Source of the DNA: Basidiobolus meristosporus CBS 931.73
Taxonomy: Eukaryota; Fungi; Basidiobolomycota
Length of the DNA: 64,000 nt
Assembly: GCA_002104905.1 (NCBI GenBank)
Contig: MCFE01000320.1
Location: forward strand, 31,521-95,520
Direction of reading: 5' to 3'
The stretch's first letter is position 1; each line of letters opens with the position of its first letter. The notes under the pieces are model-generated. The model saw only the letters and a program-made list of their open reading frames with translations. It did no database searches and was not told the origin of the DNA. The translations under genes and the position numbers were made by a program. This document shows, piece by piece, positions 37,154 to 51,158 of the stretch.

Positions 37154-39989
37154 ATGTCCGGTGATCGTCAAGAAAGATCCGTTTCACGTTCTCGCGGAGA
37201 ATACCTTTCCGACGAAGAAAACTTTTACCGTGGCTCACGGGAGAAGTTCCGACGTGAGCGCCGTAGTAGCCGGGAAAGGGGGTACGACAGACCTAGAGGC
37301 GAAAGAAAAGACTACAGTAGAAGCAGAAGTAGAAGCCCCATAAATAGAGGTAGGAGGTTATGCAATCTCGTGAGAAAGTGTTGTTTCTGATCTGTGCATG
37401 AAGAGCGTCGGTATCGCCGTTCTCCCTCTCCAAGACGGGACAGAGATAGAGACAGACGGATCGAAGCAGATAGAGATGGAGATCACTATATACCCAATTA
37501 CAATAGAGATGGTTATGTCCCTGCTCCTCGCTACGGTAATAACCCTGAGGCCAATGGGTCCCAGTTTGGTTCGGGAGGAAACTATTCCTTCGGGGGGCCA
37601 GGCTCCATGATGGGCGAGGGTGCAGGCGGCGCGTTCCCACGAGGCAGAAGAGGCTCCAGGTAAGTTCGCATGGGTGATCGCAGATGACCGGTTGAATTCT
37701 TACACACTTTCACTACAGAAACCAGGACTACGATGATTACTATGGCGATTTGGATAACCCTGGTGGTGACCCGTTCTATTCGGATGACTTCAACGGGAAC
37801 CCTCCGGGCCCTGGGAACGCGTTTATGGGAAACAAGTATGTGTTCGGCTCCCTGTTGTCAACCCTAACCCTAACCCTAAACGAACCCTTTTCTCAGGCCA
37901 CACTCCATCGACCCCAACAAGCTTGACACCCTCGTGTCTTTCAAGCATTTCTCTGACTGGGTCAACTCTCAAGATCCTGGCGCCCGGCACCACGAAGACG
38001 AACTCGAGAGAAGATACGCGATTTACAAGGAGAACTTTAATGTGCGCCAACTCAACAACTTTTTCGAGCAACACAAGAACAGCGATTGGTTTCGGGAAAG
38101 ATACCACCCGAAGCTTAGCCTGGAACGCAAAAATGAGATCAAGCAACTCAAGAAGAAGCTGTACGAGCAATTTGTTGACGACTTGAATTCTGGAAAATAC
38201 GATGATATCAATCTGGATGACAGTCGCAATACCGATGCTACCAAGGGGACCGAGCACAAATCGGACGAGAAGCTGGAGTCTGAGGAATCGTCCGAGAGTA
38301 AGCCAGCTGACCCCATGGCTAACGAGGAAAACAGCAATACGTTGTTCATAAAGAGTGTGCCCCCCAGCATTAGCCGCGAGCAGGTAGTCAAGTTGTGCGA
38401 AACGGTGGATGGCTTCTCCTATCTTTCACTTTCGGAACCAAACCCTCAGAAGAAATATCATAGACTTGGTTGGATTGTGTTCAAAGAGGGCAGTAACATT
38501 CAGGAGGCATTTGAGGCATTAAACAAGTCCAAAATCGACGAATTCCAATTCCATCTGGCCCTCCATAAGCACCAGCTCACCACTCGCCCCCGTGTTGCTC
38601 CCCATATCGCCAACACACCAGAGAGACTTCGCCATGACGAGGAAAAAGTACGGAAACTGGTTGACCTGCTTGACCAGGAGGCACAGGAAGGCTTCGAGGG
38701 GGGCCGTCTTGTCCGCGAAAGATTAGCAGTGATCGAGACCCAAAACGAGAATCAAATGGCCGACGGGGATGATAGCGAACTTGTAAGATGCATTTTTTCT
38801 TCGTGTTGCCCCCGGAAGACTGCCTCTAACTTTCTTATGTAGCTGCCTACCAAGAGGTCTTTGGATTTGCATATGGAATACCTACGCAAAGTCCATCTAT
38901 TCTGCTATTACTGCGGCATTGAGGCCGACAGTCTGGAGGAATTCACAAGAAAATGCGTGGAAAGACATCTTCGTAAGACCACCCCAGAGCCAGCCACTAA
39001 CAGTGCAACAGGCAAGCCAAATAACAATGGTAAGTGTGCCTTTACGTAGCCATCCTATAGCAGCGGCTGACCTCGACCCACAGGCCAGACATGGATCAAG
39101 AATTTGGACAAGAAGATTGATATGCGCCTGAGTGACTATTCCCCCACCGAGATCGAAAAGATCGGAGGAAAGAACCCTGAAAGGTAAGCCAGCCATTGGA
39201 GCCGTCGACCATTTGGTCATTTCACTCACCATCGGTTCTTAGCGAACTTGACAAATTCACCCAGAAGAACGTGAACAAGGTGGATGAAGGAAGATACCGC
39301 TGTAGTCTGTGCAACAAGCTGTTCAAAGGGGAGGAGTTTGTAAAGAAGCACATTGGCCATAAGCATCCGGAGAACTTTGCCGAGATATCTGAGGAGGTAA
39401 TGCACCATCTTAAGCACGCATTCGGCCCATATGTACTGACACAGACTTTAGGTGGATTATTACAACAACTATGTCCGTGATCCATTCCATATCACTCTGC
39501 CAAGCACCACCAACGCCCCCGGCGCCATCGGAGCTCCCGGGGCGCCCGGTGGCCCTGGTATGCCGGGCTTCTTCCCGTTCATGCAACCACCCAACAACTT
39601 CATGTCGCCAGGTTTTGGTAAATACTGCACGCAGCTGACCCCGCGACTTGATGAACCAACTAACGCAATTACCATCGAACATAGGTATGAACATGCCGTT
39701 CATTCCCCAGGCTGCAGCTGTTGGAACACCAATGCATCAAATCCCAAGAATCGGATTCGATACGCCACGCGGCCGCGGGGCCGGTGGGCGTGTGCTTTTC
39801 GGATCGGCAGATAGGAACAAGAAGACTCCAGGAGCACCTGTGTAAGTGGACACGGGGACCAATTCTGCATGCTCAACACTAATCTCGATGCATTACAGCG
39901 ACCGCTTACCGGTGGACCCACGTCAAGTCAAGTCCTATGTAGACTTGGATGCGCCTGCCGAAGGAGATGTCGATATTCACTACGGCTAA
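37154..39989 (+). CDS. ARS2: Serrate/ARS2 RNA effector
   Basis: RS/RD-rich N-terminus, DUF3546-like FKHF...FFEQHKNSDWFRERYHP, RRM, C2H2 RCSLCNKLFKGEEFVKKHIGHKH, and C-terminal DPRQVKSYVDLDAP. Confidence 0.93.
37862..37879. repeat. Interstitial (CCCTAA)3 in an ARS2 intron
   Basis: ACCCTAACCCTAACCCTAAA, seen directly. Confidence 0.75.
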
Positions 39990-40556
39990 ACAGCCCAAAA
40001 CAATGCCAGCTTTTAAAAACCCCCTAGAAAGTCTTATCGGTTCAGTTGCCCAGCGTGTCTTGGGAACTAGCCTCTCCTTCACAATTGACCTGGCCTGGGT
40101 CACGTGTAGCATATATTATTATTAGTTCTTAAAGCGTCCTGTTCTATTGTCTCTTATTTTGAAATTGCGCATTTGAAACCAATTCGTCATCTTGTATGCT
40201 TTCTTTCGTACAGTAAAGCTTCCATCCAACCTACCATCGATCATCGTCCCCGAAGCTCCATTGCGGGCTTATCATGTCTTATATGTAGACCACGCTAGCT
40301 GGATGATCTGTTTAGAACACTCCGAATGGTTCATTGTCTAGTCCTTTCAACTAGTCAATCTTTTGCGTTATCAATCTACATCGAAAAAATTCCGATCTCG
40401 CCCAATGGGGTAAGGGAACAACAGTAGCTCGAAGAGAATATTTGAATATGGCTAATCAGGGTTGGCCCATCGGTTTGCACGTGATCCTCGTCCAGCAACT
40501 GGCGGGTTGTATTAAAGTCACCGCTGGTGCCTGTTGTGTAACGTTTGCATTTGAAC

Positions 40557-42137
40557 ATGGCTACACTGACCCAAGCACTCTTTACCCAGACTACCGCACC
40601 TGCAGTTATCATCCCTGCAGGCGGCCCCGCTCTGTCTTATGCTGAGCTTGCCGAGCAAGTTCGCTCCTTCCAAAAGCAGCTCAGCAGCGCTGGGTTGAAG
40701 CCCGGGGATGCTGTCTCCATGGCGCTCGTGAATTCGCTGGAATTCGTGGTTGCCTTCTTCGGTATCACTGGAGCCAGAATGATTTCCGCCCCCTTGAACC
40801 CCAATTACTCGGAGGCTGAATTCTCCTTCTACCTCGAGGATTCCAAGAGCAAGGTTCTCCTGGTCCACGCTGGTTGGACCAAGGAGCAGAAGCCAGCCGT
40901 TCGCGCTGCCGCCAAGTTTAACGTTGCCGTGTACGAAATCGGCTGGTCCAAGGAGCAGAGCCGCATCCTTATCCGTCATACAGCCGGCCCTAAGGCGAGT
41001 GGCGTTGATCTCAGCACTTTGGAGGCTTGTCCCGACGATGTGGCTTTGTTGTTGCATACCTCCGGAACTACAGGAAGACCCAAGGGTAAGCTATCCGAAG
41101 AGATGGAAGGGGCTTGATGATGTACTAATCGTGTTGTATCAATAGGTGTACCACTTACCCACAGAAATATCACCAGAACAATGGGCAACGTTATCAGAAC
41201 ATACGATCTACGCAGCACAGACTGCACCTACCTCGTCATGCCACTCTTCCATGTCCACGGTATGGTGTGCGGATTGCTGTCGTCGTTGAAATCCGGCGGT
41301 ACCGTCGTCATTCCACCCAAATTCTCGGCCACCGTTTTCTGGGACCAATTCATCGAGCATGGATGTACTTGGTACACGGCTGTGCCCACCATCCACCAAA
41401 TCCTCCTTCGCCACCCCGGCCCCAAGACCAAGTCCAAGATCCGCTTCATCCGTTCCTGCTCATCCTCCCTCGCCCCGGCCACTTTCGAGCAAATCGAAAA
41501 GGCCTTCCAAGTCCCAGTACTTGAGGCCTACGCTATGACCGAGGCCGCTCATCAAATGACCTCCAACCCTCTGCCACCTGCCACCCGCAAGCCTGGGTCT
41601 GTCGGTGTCGGACAAGGCGTGCAAATCGCCATCCTTGACGAACAAGGAAACCCAACTGAATTGGGCGAGGTGTGCATCAAGGGCGAGAACGTCACCAAGG
41701 GGTATTTGAACAACCCTGCCGCCAACAAGTCCTCCTTCACACAGGACGGTTGGTTCCGTACCGGAGACCAAGGAAAGATCGATAGCGAAGGCTACCTCTT
41801 CCTCACCGGACGTATCAAGGAGCTGATCAACCGCGGCGGTGAAAAGATCTCCCCACTGGAGGTTGACGGAACCCTTCTTCGCCACCCCAAGTTGGCCGAG
41901 GTCGTGTCTTTCGCTGTCCCCGATGAAATCTACGGACAGGAGGTTCACGCCGCCGCCATCCCCAAGAGCGGCGAGACTGTGACCGAGGCGGAGTTGAAGG
42001 AGTTCTGCAAGAAGACCCTTTCCGACTTCAAGATCCCCAAGAAGTTCTACATCACCGACTTCTTCCCCAAGACCGCCACCGGGAAGATCCAAAGAAGAAT
42101 CGTCTCCGACTACTTCTGCAAGAAGGCCAAATTGTAA
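40557..42137 (+). CDS. PCS60: Peroxisomal acyl-CoA (oxalyl-CoA) synthetase, 1 intron
   Basis: LLHTSGTTGRPKG, EAYAMTEAAHQMTSNPLP, WFRTGDQG, GRIKELINRGGEKI, PKTATGKIQR. C-terminal PTS1 signal -AKL. Confidence 0.93.
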
Positions 42138-42317
42138 TCTATATAGAGGACCCATGTATTGTTAAACAACCCAAATAAACAAACGAATGAACTTGGACGT
42201 GGTGATGCGTTATTTATTTAATGAAAATAGAACAGCTCCGATGGGAGTACATCCAACCATTCTCCTTGGTAGTTAAGACATTATGCACTGGGGGTGAATT
42301 TAGCTTGGTGATGAAAT

Positions 42318-43237
42318 TTAGTTCTCGAAAACGACGCTCAAACCGAGCTTGTGGGCATTCTCGTTCAAACGAGCAGTATCGAAGGTACCAGCGACGGAAA
42401 CCTTGACACCACGGCGGATAGCTTGGGTGTAGGCGAGGCCGAGGATACCGGTGTTGTTGATCTTGGCCTTAACGAAGGTATCCTTGTCCAAGAAGTACTT
42501 GGTACCAACCTCAAGGGCAATAGGAGATTGAGGAGCCTTGGAGTCCCAAACGGCCTTGGCACCAGCCTCAACATCAAGGTTGACACGGTGGTAGTAGGAA
42601 GCAGAGAAGACGGAAAGGGCGCTGGTGGCTTGAAGAGTGATGGCGTGGTCAAGGGCAACGTATCCGAGGGTGGCGTTGTACTTGGTAACCTTGGCACCAA
42701 GGGTGTCATAACCAACTTCACCACCAATCAAGATACCGTCTTGGCCAACAACAGCGTCAGCCTGGAAGACGGGACCCTTCAAGAGGTCAACGTTGGCGCG
42801 GGTGAAGACCTTGGGTTGCTTGTATTCCAAGGAGACCTTGACGTTCTTGGAACCAACGGTGGGGAGGAGGGAACCGAAAACATCAACCTTCAAGCCTTGA
42901 ATTTTGTCCTTGATCTCGACTTGGGAGGTGATAAGGTTGCTGGTAGTCCAACCCTCAGTGTAGGTAACACCGTTCTTGACATCGTTGTACTTGCTCTTCA
43001 ACTCGGCATTGATGGCGCCGGTCTTGTTGTCTTGGGCACCGGAAACGGTGAAGGTCTAGGGAAACAGTGATAAGGACCTCGTCTACGACGACAGTGACGC
43101 TAGAGCAAAGCAAAACTTACAACACCGTTGGCAGCGGTGGTCTTGACCTCAAGCTTGACGGCGCCAGTGGGGTAATCTTTGCCCAAAAGGTCGTTGACGG
43201 ATTTGCCGATATCGGAGAAAGGAACAGGGATAGACAT
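42318..43237 (-). CDS. POR1: Mitochondrial porin (VDAC)
   Basis: MSIPVPFSDIGKSVNDLLGKDYP, VKAKINNTGILGLAYTQ, HKLGLSVVFEN*. Internal introns plus a 5'-UTR intron at about 43248-43303. Confidence 0.95.
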
Positions 43238-44348
43238 TACGAAAGACTGTACAAGGTTGTTAGTTGGCACGGCGCGGAGCAGCCCATGGTGAGAATGCTT
43301 TACCTTGTTGTGTGAGAGTTAGACTGATGAAACCTGCAGCGGGAGCGACCAAGAATATAAAAAAACTCCACCCAACGCAACCATTGATGGTTGGGTCATT
43401 TGGGACTCAGCTGAGCCAATCACCGTCGTAGTAAGGGTAGGGTTGGATTGCATAGTGGCATAGCATAAATGAGCTAATCATCGCACACCCAATACGCGCC
43501 AATTTCTCATTGCCTGGCCGAGTGAAATCAACTTCCATATCCACCTGTCCACCCCACACAGTATATTGACCATCCACCACCCCAACCGCATCTAATCTAA
43601 ACCCCAGCTGGCAAAATCACCCGAGAGGCTTGTTACACCATCATCCATGTTTCACCTTGCTCGTTTATTTTATTCAACCTGACCAACAAATCCCGGGTCC
43701 AACTTGCTTATTCTAATCAGCTTTAACCAACTAATGCCGATTCTTAATCACCCTCTAGATCGTCACCACCGTGATCGCTGCATCACCCGAATGGGATGGG
43801 ATCAGCTGACCCTTCCCTCACTTCTGGAACCACCGCTGGTCCACAGTAGCTGGGGAGCGAATTGGATTGATGGTTGGTGTAGGTTTCGATCAATGGAATG
43901 AACTTGGGGAAGTTGGATTCTAAAACTGGTTTCTTGATCTTTTAGTTACTTATACCTGGGGACGCACGGCGAGTCCCAGTAGAGTCAGGAATAGCCGATG
44001 GTATAGCCCCATGGTTTTCCCAGCTCCTTGCGGTCCTCACCGAATCAGGATGTTAAGGGACTTGGACATTGAATCCATGGATCGATAACGGAGATTAATA
44101 AATTACTAGGGGCTGTTTTATTACCTTTATATATATGTTATTTTCTTCCCTTGGATCCCATTGGCCCACTCATCCAGGGTTGTTTCCCAAGCTGAGGGAT
44201 TAAAAGGGCCATTACAAACATCGGGCAATCCGCTTTGTCGAGAATACCAAATATCCTTCCCGCCCTGAGTATTACTTTGTAGAGAACATTTGAAATAGAC
44301 TGGGCATTCTCTTTGTTGGATATTGTACACTTACCTTTACAGTTGCAA

Positions 44349-45352
44349 ATGCACACTTTTGATCTTGTCAACTTCCCGGTGCACGAGACCATCCGTCTAC
44401 TTGCTGGTTTTCTCGACTGCCTGACTTCGGCCAACAATGTCCTTGTTACTCGCACTTTCGATCCAATATTGAAATCTCCAGTCTGCCCCGCCTACACCTC
44501 TTTCCACGCTCGGACGATACCCACCATCGAGATCCACTCATACCTCTCCCGGATCCTGAGGTACTGTCCGTGTCCAAACGAGTGTTTCATATCGCTGCTG
44601 GTATACTTCGATCGGATGGCGAAGGCGTCTACGCAGAAAGAGCCACTCGCCATCAATTCATACAACATCCACCGGTTGCTAATCACCGGTATCATGGTCT
44701 CGACCAAGTTTTTCTCGGACATTTTCTATACCAACTCGCGCTACGGCAAGGTAATGACCCGGACTTTTATCTACATATCCTTGGCTCTGTCTAACGGTTG
44801 TTTTTGAATTTTGAAAAGGTGGGCGGGCTCCCTATTCAAGAGTTGAACCATTTAGAAATGGAGTTTCTCGCCATGAATGATTTCTCTTTAAACGTGTCGG
44901 TGGAGGAACTTCAGTTGTATGCCAACCAGCTGCTTAGACACTCCATGAAGACCACCTCCACTACTAGTATACTTAATCCTCCCCAGGCTTTGGCCTATTC
45001 CCAGCCAAGCCCAATCAGAAAACGCGCTCTTTCAAGGACTTCCATCGAGGAGGCTGATGTAGAATTTGCCACTCGGACTCCACCCATCACACCTTCTCCA
45101 CCCGACAGGCCGGCGAACGAGAGGAAGCTCCATCGTCCAGTCCTGCCCTCGATCAATTCCATCACTTCCTCCCTGCCCATCAGGGGCGGTGCTCGCTGGG
45201 GAAGAAATATGTCGAGAAGCCTAGACAGCCGTCCAGCCTTTCCAGTCGGAAGCTTCGGATATCGCGAGACGAGCTGCAATTTCCTAAGCGATGCCATTCC
45301 TTCGCCTCAATCGGATCTTGAATATTGGAGCGGAGCCATGAAGTCATTATGA
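44349..45352 (+). CDS. PHO80/PCL-family (Pho85) cyclin, 1 intron
   Basis: FHARTIPTIEIHSYLSRI...NIHRLLITGIMVSTKFFSDIFYTNSRYGKVGGLPIQELNHLEMEFL. Closest to PCL6/PCL7 in style. Confidence 0.9.
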
Positions 45353-45977
45353 GCCAGCGATTACCAAGAACAATTTTGAAGTACTACATACTTTTTAGCC
45401 ACCTTTCTCAAGTGTACATTTTTCATCACTTTGGGCGTATATTGCCTTTCGCTTCCTTATCCCCCACCATCCTGAGTAAAACATCATCGCAAATCATCCA
45501 CATGTTGTATAGAGCCGACCCCCTTTGGTGTGTGCGATTGTTTGATACTCGGCCAACCCCTAAACAAGCAATCCTCCACCCCTTTTTGTATCAGATAGAT
45601 ATGCCATTTTTGGATGGCAGAGTAACTAAAGCTTGTTTACTTACGCACTCTTCAGCCTCATTCTCATCCCAACCCCAAACTTTGGATGAGTAATAAATAT
45701 CCAATTCACCAATCTGAGAGCCAGCGAGGTTATGCAAGATGATTAGGGTCAGCCGCCAATTATGCAAGTTGTCGTATCCCTATTCACATATTTATCCAGC
45801 TGATGTCGTAGTCCATTCATGCCGGTCATGGTAGTCTCGACGATCAATCGGATTACTGTGCTGGAGCGAGTAAGGTGCGAGGCACGCTTCACATAGTACC
45901 TTGACCACCTTCCTTGACCTGTGCTCGTCTCCACCGATCTTTCAACTACCCTTTCGCCCAGTACATACCTTCTTCAA

Positions 45978-48900
45978 ATATGGAGGAGAACTTCAGTGTA
46001 TCAGAGACTTTCCAGAAGATGGTGAAAAAAGATTCCCTCATCGAGCTAATCAACAAAGACAACCAATTGGTCGCAGGTACCCTTCCACCCCGCTCCGTGG
46101 GCTCGCGACCGCCTCTAACGTTTGGTTCGACCGTTTTCTAGAGATAAGGCAGCTCGACGGGGACATGAAGACTTTGGTGTACGAGAATTACAACAGTTTC
46201 ATCACGGCCACAGAGACCCTGGGGAAGGTTCTTAAACCACTCTAGACCACATTTCTTGTAACGTTCTATTAAGCAGTTCGACCCCTTCTGGCAGATGAAA
46301 AACAACACCAACAACATGGACGCCGAGATGACCCAGTTGCGTGAACGCATGTCGCGCATCACCGCTCGTTCCACCCAGATGAACGGGGAGCTTAAGGAGA
46401 AACGGCAGCAGATTAAGCAGCTGTCAGGCGTTCATAACTTGCTTAAAAAGGTTAGCCACCCAGTGGATACGCGGGTGTTATGTACGCCTTTCCCTCGCAA
46501 TAAACTAATGTTTGAGTTGACTCCAGTTGCAATTTATCTTTGAACTGCCCAAAAGACTAAACGAGTGCGTGGGCCAAGCACTGTACCCCCAGGCTATTTT
46601 GTATCACGCTAGAACCATAGATTTGCTGTCACATTACAAACACCTCTCCGTATTCTCGGGTATCGAGGAGGAATGTCGGGCAATAATGGACCAAGTGGAG
46701 CAAGTGGTGAAGGGGCGACTCGAGGATGAGAGTGTAAGTGGCATGCAGAATCCTAACCATCGTTCGAGGCATGTTGACATTGTGTATGTTTAGGCTACGT
46801 TGGAAGAGATAACCGAGTGTATTGGAATGCTCATTGGTCTTGGCAGAGATCCCAAGGAGGCACTGTGGAGGAAATATCTGACATTGTAATCCCATCTCAC
46901 ATCATCAGTTCCCTGCCCATCTCACCCGTGCTAACCGCTCCCCCTCCTAGCGGCTCGGCGAGGCTCAGAAAAGTCAAGGAGAACATGGTTTTGCAGTTAC
47001 CAGGCATCGGTAGTGAGCAGAAGCCAGGCTCAGACAAATCTCAGGTGTATCTGGACAAACTCACCTTTGTCAACGATACCCTGCTGAAGCAAACATCCTT
47101 GTTCATGGAGCGCTTTCACGAGTATTTCCTGGGGAAGAAGGTGTCTGACAAGTCGAGCGAGCAAATCACAAGCCAGTTCCAAAGCAGTCTGGATTCTGCC
47201 GTAAGTAATGGCTCACGTAGCCTTGATGTCTAGCTGCGGTTGACAAGTTTCATCACCCAGGAACGCGCCCAGGCCAAAGAGGATCTGGTCGCCACCACCA
47301 ACTCTATCATCGGGGAGTATTTCGAGATCATCGAGCAGCTGCTGGTCCTTCCGGTAAGTTTCCAGCGTAGTTGATACTTGGCCACCAGAGATCCTCATAC
47401 TGTATGGAATCAGCATCACCTGACTGAGATCGATCCACACGTTTATGTCGACGTTCTGAGCAAATTCGAGCAAGACATCGTCAATTCGGAGACCTTATGC
47501 AACAACGGGAACGTAGACGCCCGCGCCAAATCCATCCTCCAAGTCTGGATCAAGAAGCTAGTCCGGGGAATTTTCGCGAACGTCGAGAGGGATCTGATTG
47601 GTAGGCTTCTGTGCAGCCATGCGTGCATGCATCCACATTCACCAGTTACTTTCAGCGAAATTCGCCAGCCCGCCCGCAGACGACCACCTAAGCAGCCACA
47701 CCAATCTCCAGGAATTAATCTCCGATAACCGGGAGTGGCTCTCTGACAAGCTGTTGGGCCAATGCCTGCCCATATTTACGGTAAAGCCCACTCTGCATAC
47801 CACAAGAGTGTGACAAAGCCCCTAACCCCAGCTACTGAACACCAGGCAATTCTAAGCTCTGAGGCAGCATTTGTCAAACGCCCAGGCGGCAGCGAGCAGT
47901 TCATCGACATCATCGGAAAGGGGCTGCGGGATTTCTGGGAGTTTTCCTTCCAGGGCCTCAGGGTAAGTGAGCGTAGAGCCGATCAACGACGGGCGGGCTA
48001 ATTCATTGGGCTTTCTAGTACCACCAGTACCCTTCTCAGATCCGGTTGGCCCTTGCCCGGTTTTCCTCAGACTGTGGAGCATATAGCGTCTCCAACATAT
48101 TTGAAGCGTACCTCCAGAGGATCTACTGCAAGGATTCCGATTCTTCCGAGTGGAACTATGCCCAGGCCAGCTATCTGGAGGATGCAAGCCTGTTGCTGTC
48201 AGATTACCGCGGAGTGGTGAACCTGTGCATGGATTACTCTCAGGTCTGCTTTATCTGCGGGCTATCGAACTCGTGTCGAGGCTAACCTCTTTCTTCAGCT
48301 ATTTCTTAAGGAATACGTGGAGAGCGTGGCCACCGAGCTGTCAACCAAGGTCAACGCCGCCATCGAAGATTCTGATTGGCTGAATCATCCAACAAACTCC
48401 ACCACCGTCACATCCGCGTGGGAGGTGATCTTTTCCCAACTAGCTGACATCGAGGGTAGCATTGTCCTGCTGTACCCGGATATCAGCGATGAGGCCTCCT
48501 TTACCGACAGTAGAATAAGCTCAGGTAATGATATTCGACGATTACTCTGAACAAGGGTCAGGAGATTAACTTTGCTCTGGATTCCAGAATCTAGTCGACG
48601 TGCTCCCAGCGTAGCCTCGTCCCACAGACCGGCCAGCGTCATCTCGATGCAGCGCAACACCGCTGCCGACCTCTCGAATCAAGCGTCGCCCTCACTTAGC
48701 TCAGCTTCCAGCCTAAAAGTTGGCTTGGGCTCATCTCCACCCAACGATTTCCCAGAAAACCCACAGCTGTTCAACTACATTGACAAGTTGTTCATGGAAC
48801 GGATCGAGGTCTTCGGAAAGGTGGAGCCTACCAAGGCGGGTATCCTCACCGGAGTCCTGAAGATTGTATTGAAGGTAAGAAGCTGCCTCCACCCGCCCCC

Positions 48901-49221
48901 TCTTGCTCATGACTAATCCACGTGCAGGCTGCTGCCGAAACCGCTCGACTCTCCACGTTCGGTAAGGGTGGCTACCAGCAGATTCAGTTGGATGCCGAGT
49001 TCCTTAAAAGTAAGGTGGTCCGAATGCTTCCCAACTCGAGGTAATTTATGCCAGAGGCCTGATTAGCCGTGAAACCCATCTAATCTCTCTCCAGCATCCT
49101 GAAAACCCTGATCGAGGAGCTCACCACCAGCGCATATGCAAGATGTGTCGATCCGGCACCCATCGATCGCTCTATGCGGTTTAGCGGATTGCCCAGTATA
49201 GAAGACACCGCCACCCCGTAA
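45978..49221 (+). CDS. VPS51: GARP/EARP subunit Vps51/Ang2, many introns; 5' end uncertain
   Basis: EIRQLDGDMKTLVYENYNSFITATETL, LQFIFELP.RL, IDKLFMERIEVF, GYQQIQLDAEFL. Confidence 0.88.
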
Positions 49222-49443
49222 TCCCCACCTCAATCACGATCCCGATTAATCGCTAATTCCAGTACAAATAATACCATCAATAAATCAGTATCTCCAGCAC
49301 CAGTAATTCCTTCAACAAATCAGTATCTGCAGTACAAACAATCCCATCATAAATCAGTTTCATGTGCGTCAACGTGCGATGGAAGGTGATTTTACTTTGG
49401 ACTTTACAAGGGAAGGGTATCTGTACATGTGATGGCCTCTTTT

Positions 49444-50151
49444 TTACATCTGGGCGGCCCTTTTATCCCGGTCGTTTCTCTGCTGTAGGAAATACTCCAC
49501 TTTCCGATCGAACAGGCTACCGTCGCCGTCGGTCATGATGCTGATGTTGTCACTCTGTCTTCTGGTGAAGATGGCGGTGGCAGAGAGGATGGCTCCTTTG
49601 TACCTTGTTGCGGACGGGAGTGAGGAGATCATAGGGATGTGGGTGAGTGACGGCACATGGAACCTTCTCTTGCCACGATCCAGCACTTTCAGACCCACCG
49701 TGAGCAGCAGAGATTCCGTTCCCGTCGCAAACCTCTCCGCCTTGTCCAGAATGGAGATTTCTCGTTTGGACACATCCAAGATGGCCATGACCCTCCCTTT
49801 GGGACCGAAGCACAGAAATTGCTCTTTGGCGCGTTCCCAGGTGAAAAGGACATCTTTCCAGGTGAATTGGAACCACACTGGCCGGCGATCGTCATTGTCA
49901 AAGATCACCTGGGACTTGTAGCATCTGCTATCGAGGCGGAGAAAGGTGGCCCGTTTGGTTGGGTTCGACTCCCACAAGGGAATATCCTCCTTTTCCTCGT
50001 CGTCAATCACGAGATGCATGGCATCCATGTCTCTCCTGGGCCCAGTGGGTTCATTGCGATAGACGATCTCCCCAGTCAACGTGTCAACTAGGTTTGTAGT
50101 CTGTTTCGGGCCGTCCTTCAGCTTCTCAATGCGAAATACGATGTATCCCAT
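49444..50151 (-). CDS. Hypothetical 235-aa protein, single exon
   Basis: Clean ATG-to-stop ORF with globular beta-rich composition. A TTTATA (TATAAA on the minus strand) lies at about 50190. No family recognised. Confidence 0.6.
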   Translation of the reverse strand: MGYIVFRIEKLKDGPKQTTNLVDTLTGEIVYRNEPTGPRRDMDAMHLVIDDEEKEDIPLWESNPTKRATFLRLDSRCYKSQVIFDNDDRRPVWFQFTWKDVLFTWERAKEQFLCFGPKGRVMAILDVSKREISILDKAERFATGTESLLLTVGLKVLDRGKRRFHVPSLTHIPMISSLPSATRYKGAILSATAIFTRRQSDNISIMTDGDGSLFDRKVEYFLQQRNDRDKRAAQM

Positions 50152-51158
50152 GGTACTCTAGATGCACCAGGGGGATCTGGTCGGCTTATAAAATAAAGAT
50201 CCGCCCTATCAGCTGGCTAGTATTGGCCAGATAGATGAATTTTCGCAAAGCTTATTTATCTCATTCGCGGAGAGCCAGAGGTGTTGAGCTGGAGAGCAGC
50301 TTTGGTGGACAAATCCAGATGGTTTATTTCATGCTGATATCATCGAAGATGTTACTCTTCGTCATTGGTAACCGTTCTGGGTGTGATTGATCGTACTTCT
50401 GAAACTCTGATGAAACGATCAATCTGTTTCTAGCCAACTGATACAGTTGCCTGATTGGGGTGCCTTTCCGAGTTGACCCATCACATTAACGTGGCGGAGA
50501 TTCAACTGTTGAAGAATGTGGTATTTCCTAACAATTGGCGAACTATTCATAAATGCTGAAAAATGTAGGCAGAGAGCTGATGGTATTTACTAATCTTTGG
50601 CAGGGTCTGATCGCTATTGTACGTGAATACTTCAATCTTTTGCAATTATACTGACAACTGCTATAATAGCTGAAGCAGTTAGTGTCACAGCCAATACAAG
50701 CCCATCTAATTGCTTATATCCTTCCGCATCATGTTTCGGTACCAGAATAGTATTCAGCTATCTAGTGGTTAATCAAAATCTGAGTAACCCACTATAGTAG
50801 TAGCCAGATCTTTACTTCCAATCCTCCTGATCAGTCAGCATTGCACCGCTCACTTGATATGATATGCTACTCACCAGCCGCGGGGTAAACCACGCAATGG
50901 CAAATGTGGGGGAAAAAGGTTTCGCTCATTCAATTTACAGGGCAGGGGGTGGACTACCAATCGCCATTTTTGGTTAAATCTGGGTTGTTTTTGATAAACA
51001 CATTGAAATGCACCTTGGCTTGCTGAGGAGAAGGAAAGGGGCATTAGTTTGCTTATTTCTCTTGTCCATAAGGGGTAAGCAGCCAGTGGGTATAAATGGA
51101 AGCTCTAGTGAGATTTATCAAGGTATCCACTAAGTGCTATATCTCTTTTTAAAATAGA

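Noticed and set aside
43947-44024. U1 snRNA-like words (TACTTATACCTGG, GGTTTTCCCAG)
   Set aside because: The 5' splice-site-pairing sequence has an insertion, and the U1-70K loop, U1A loop and Sm site are absent.
50385-50424. 10-bp inverted repeat enclosing CTGATGA (hammerhead or C/D snoRNA?)
   Set aside because: No stem II or GAAA follows CTGATGA, and no convincing C/D box pair with a terminal stem was found.
50280-50760. Possible membrane-protein pseudogene on the minus strand
   Set aside because: Only one short hydrophobic stretch among multiple stops, with no recognisable family.
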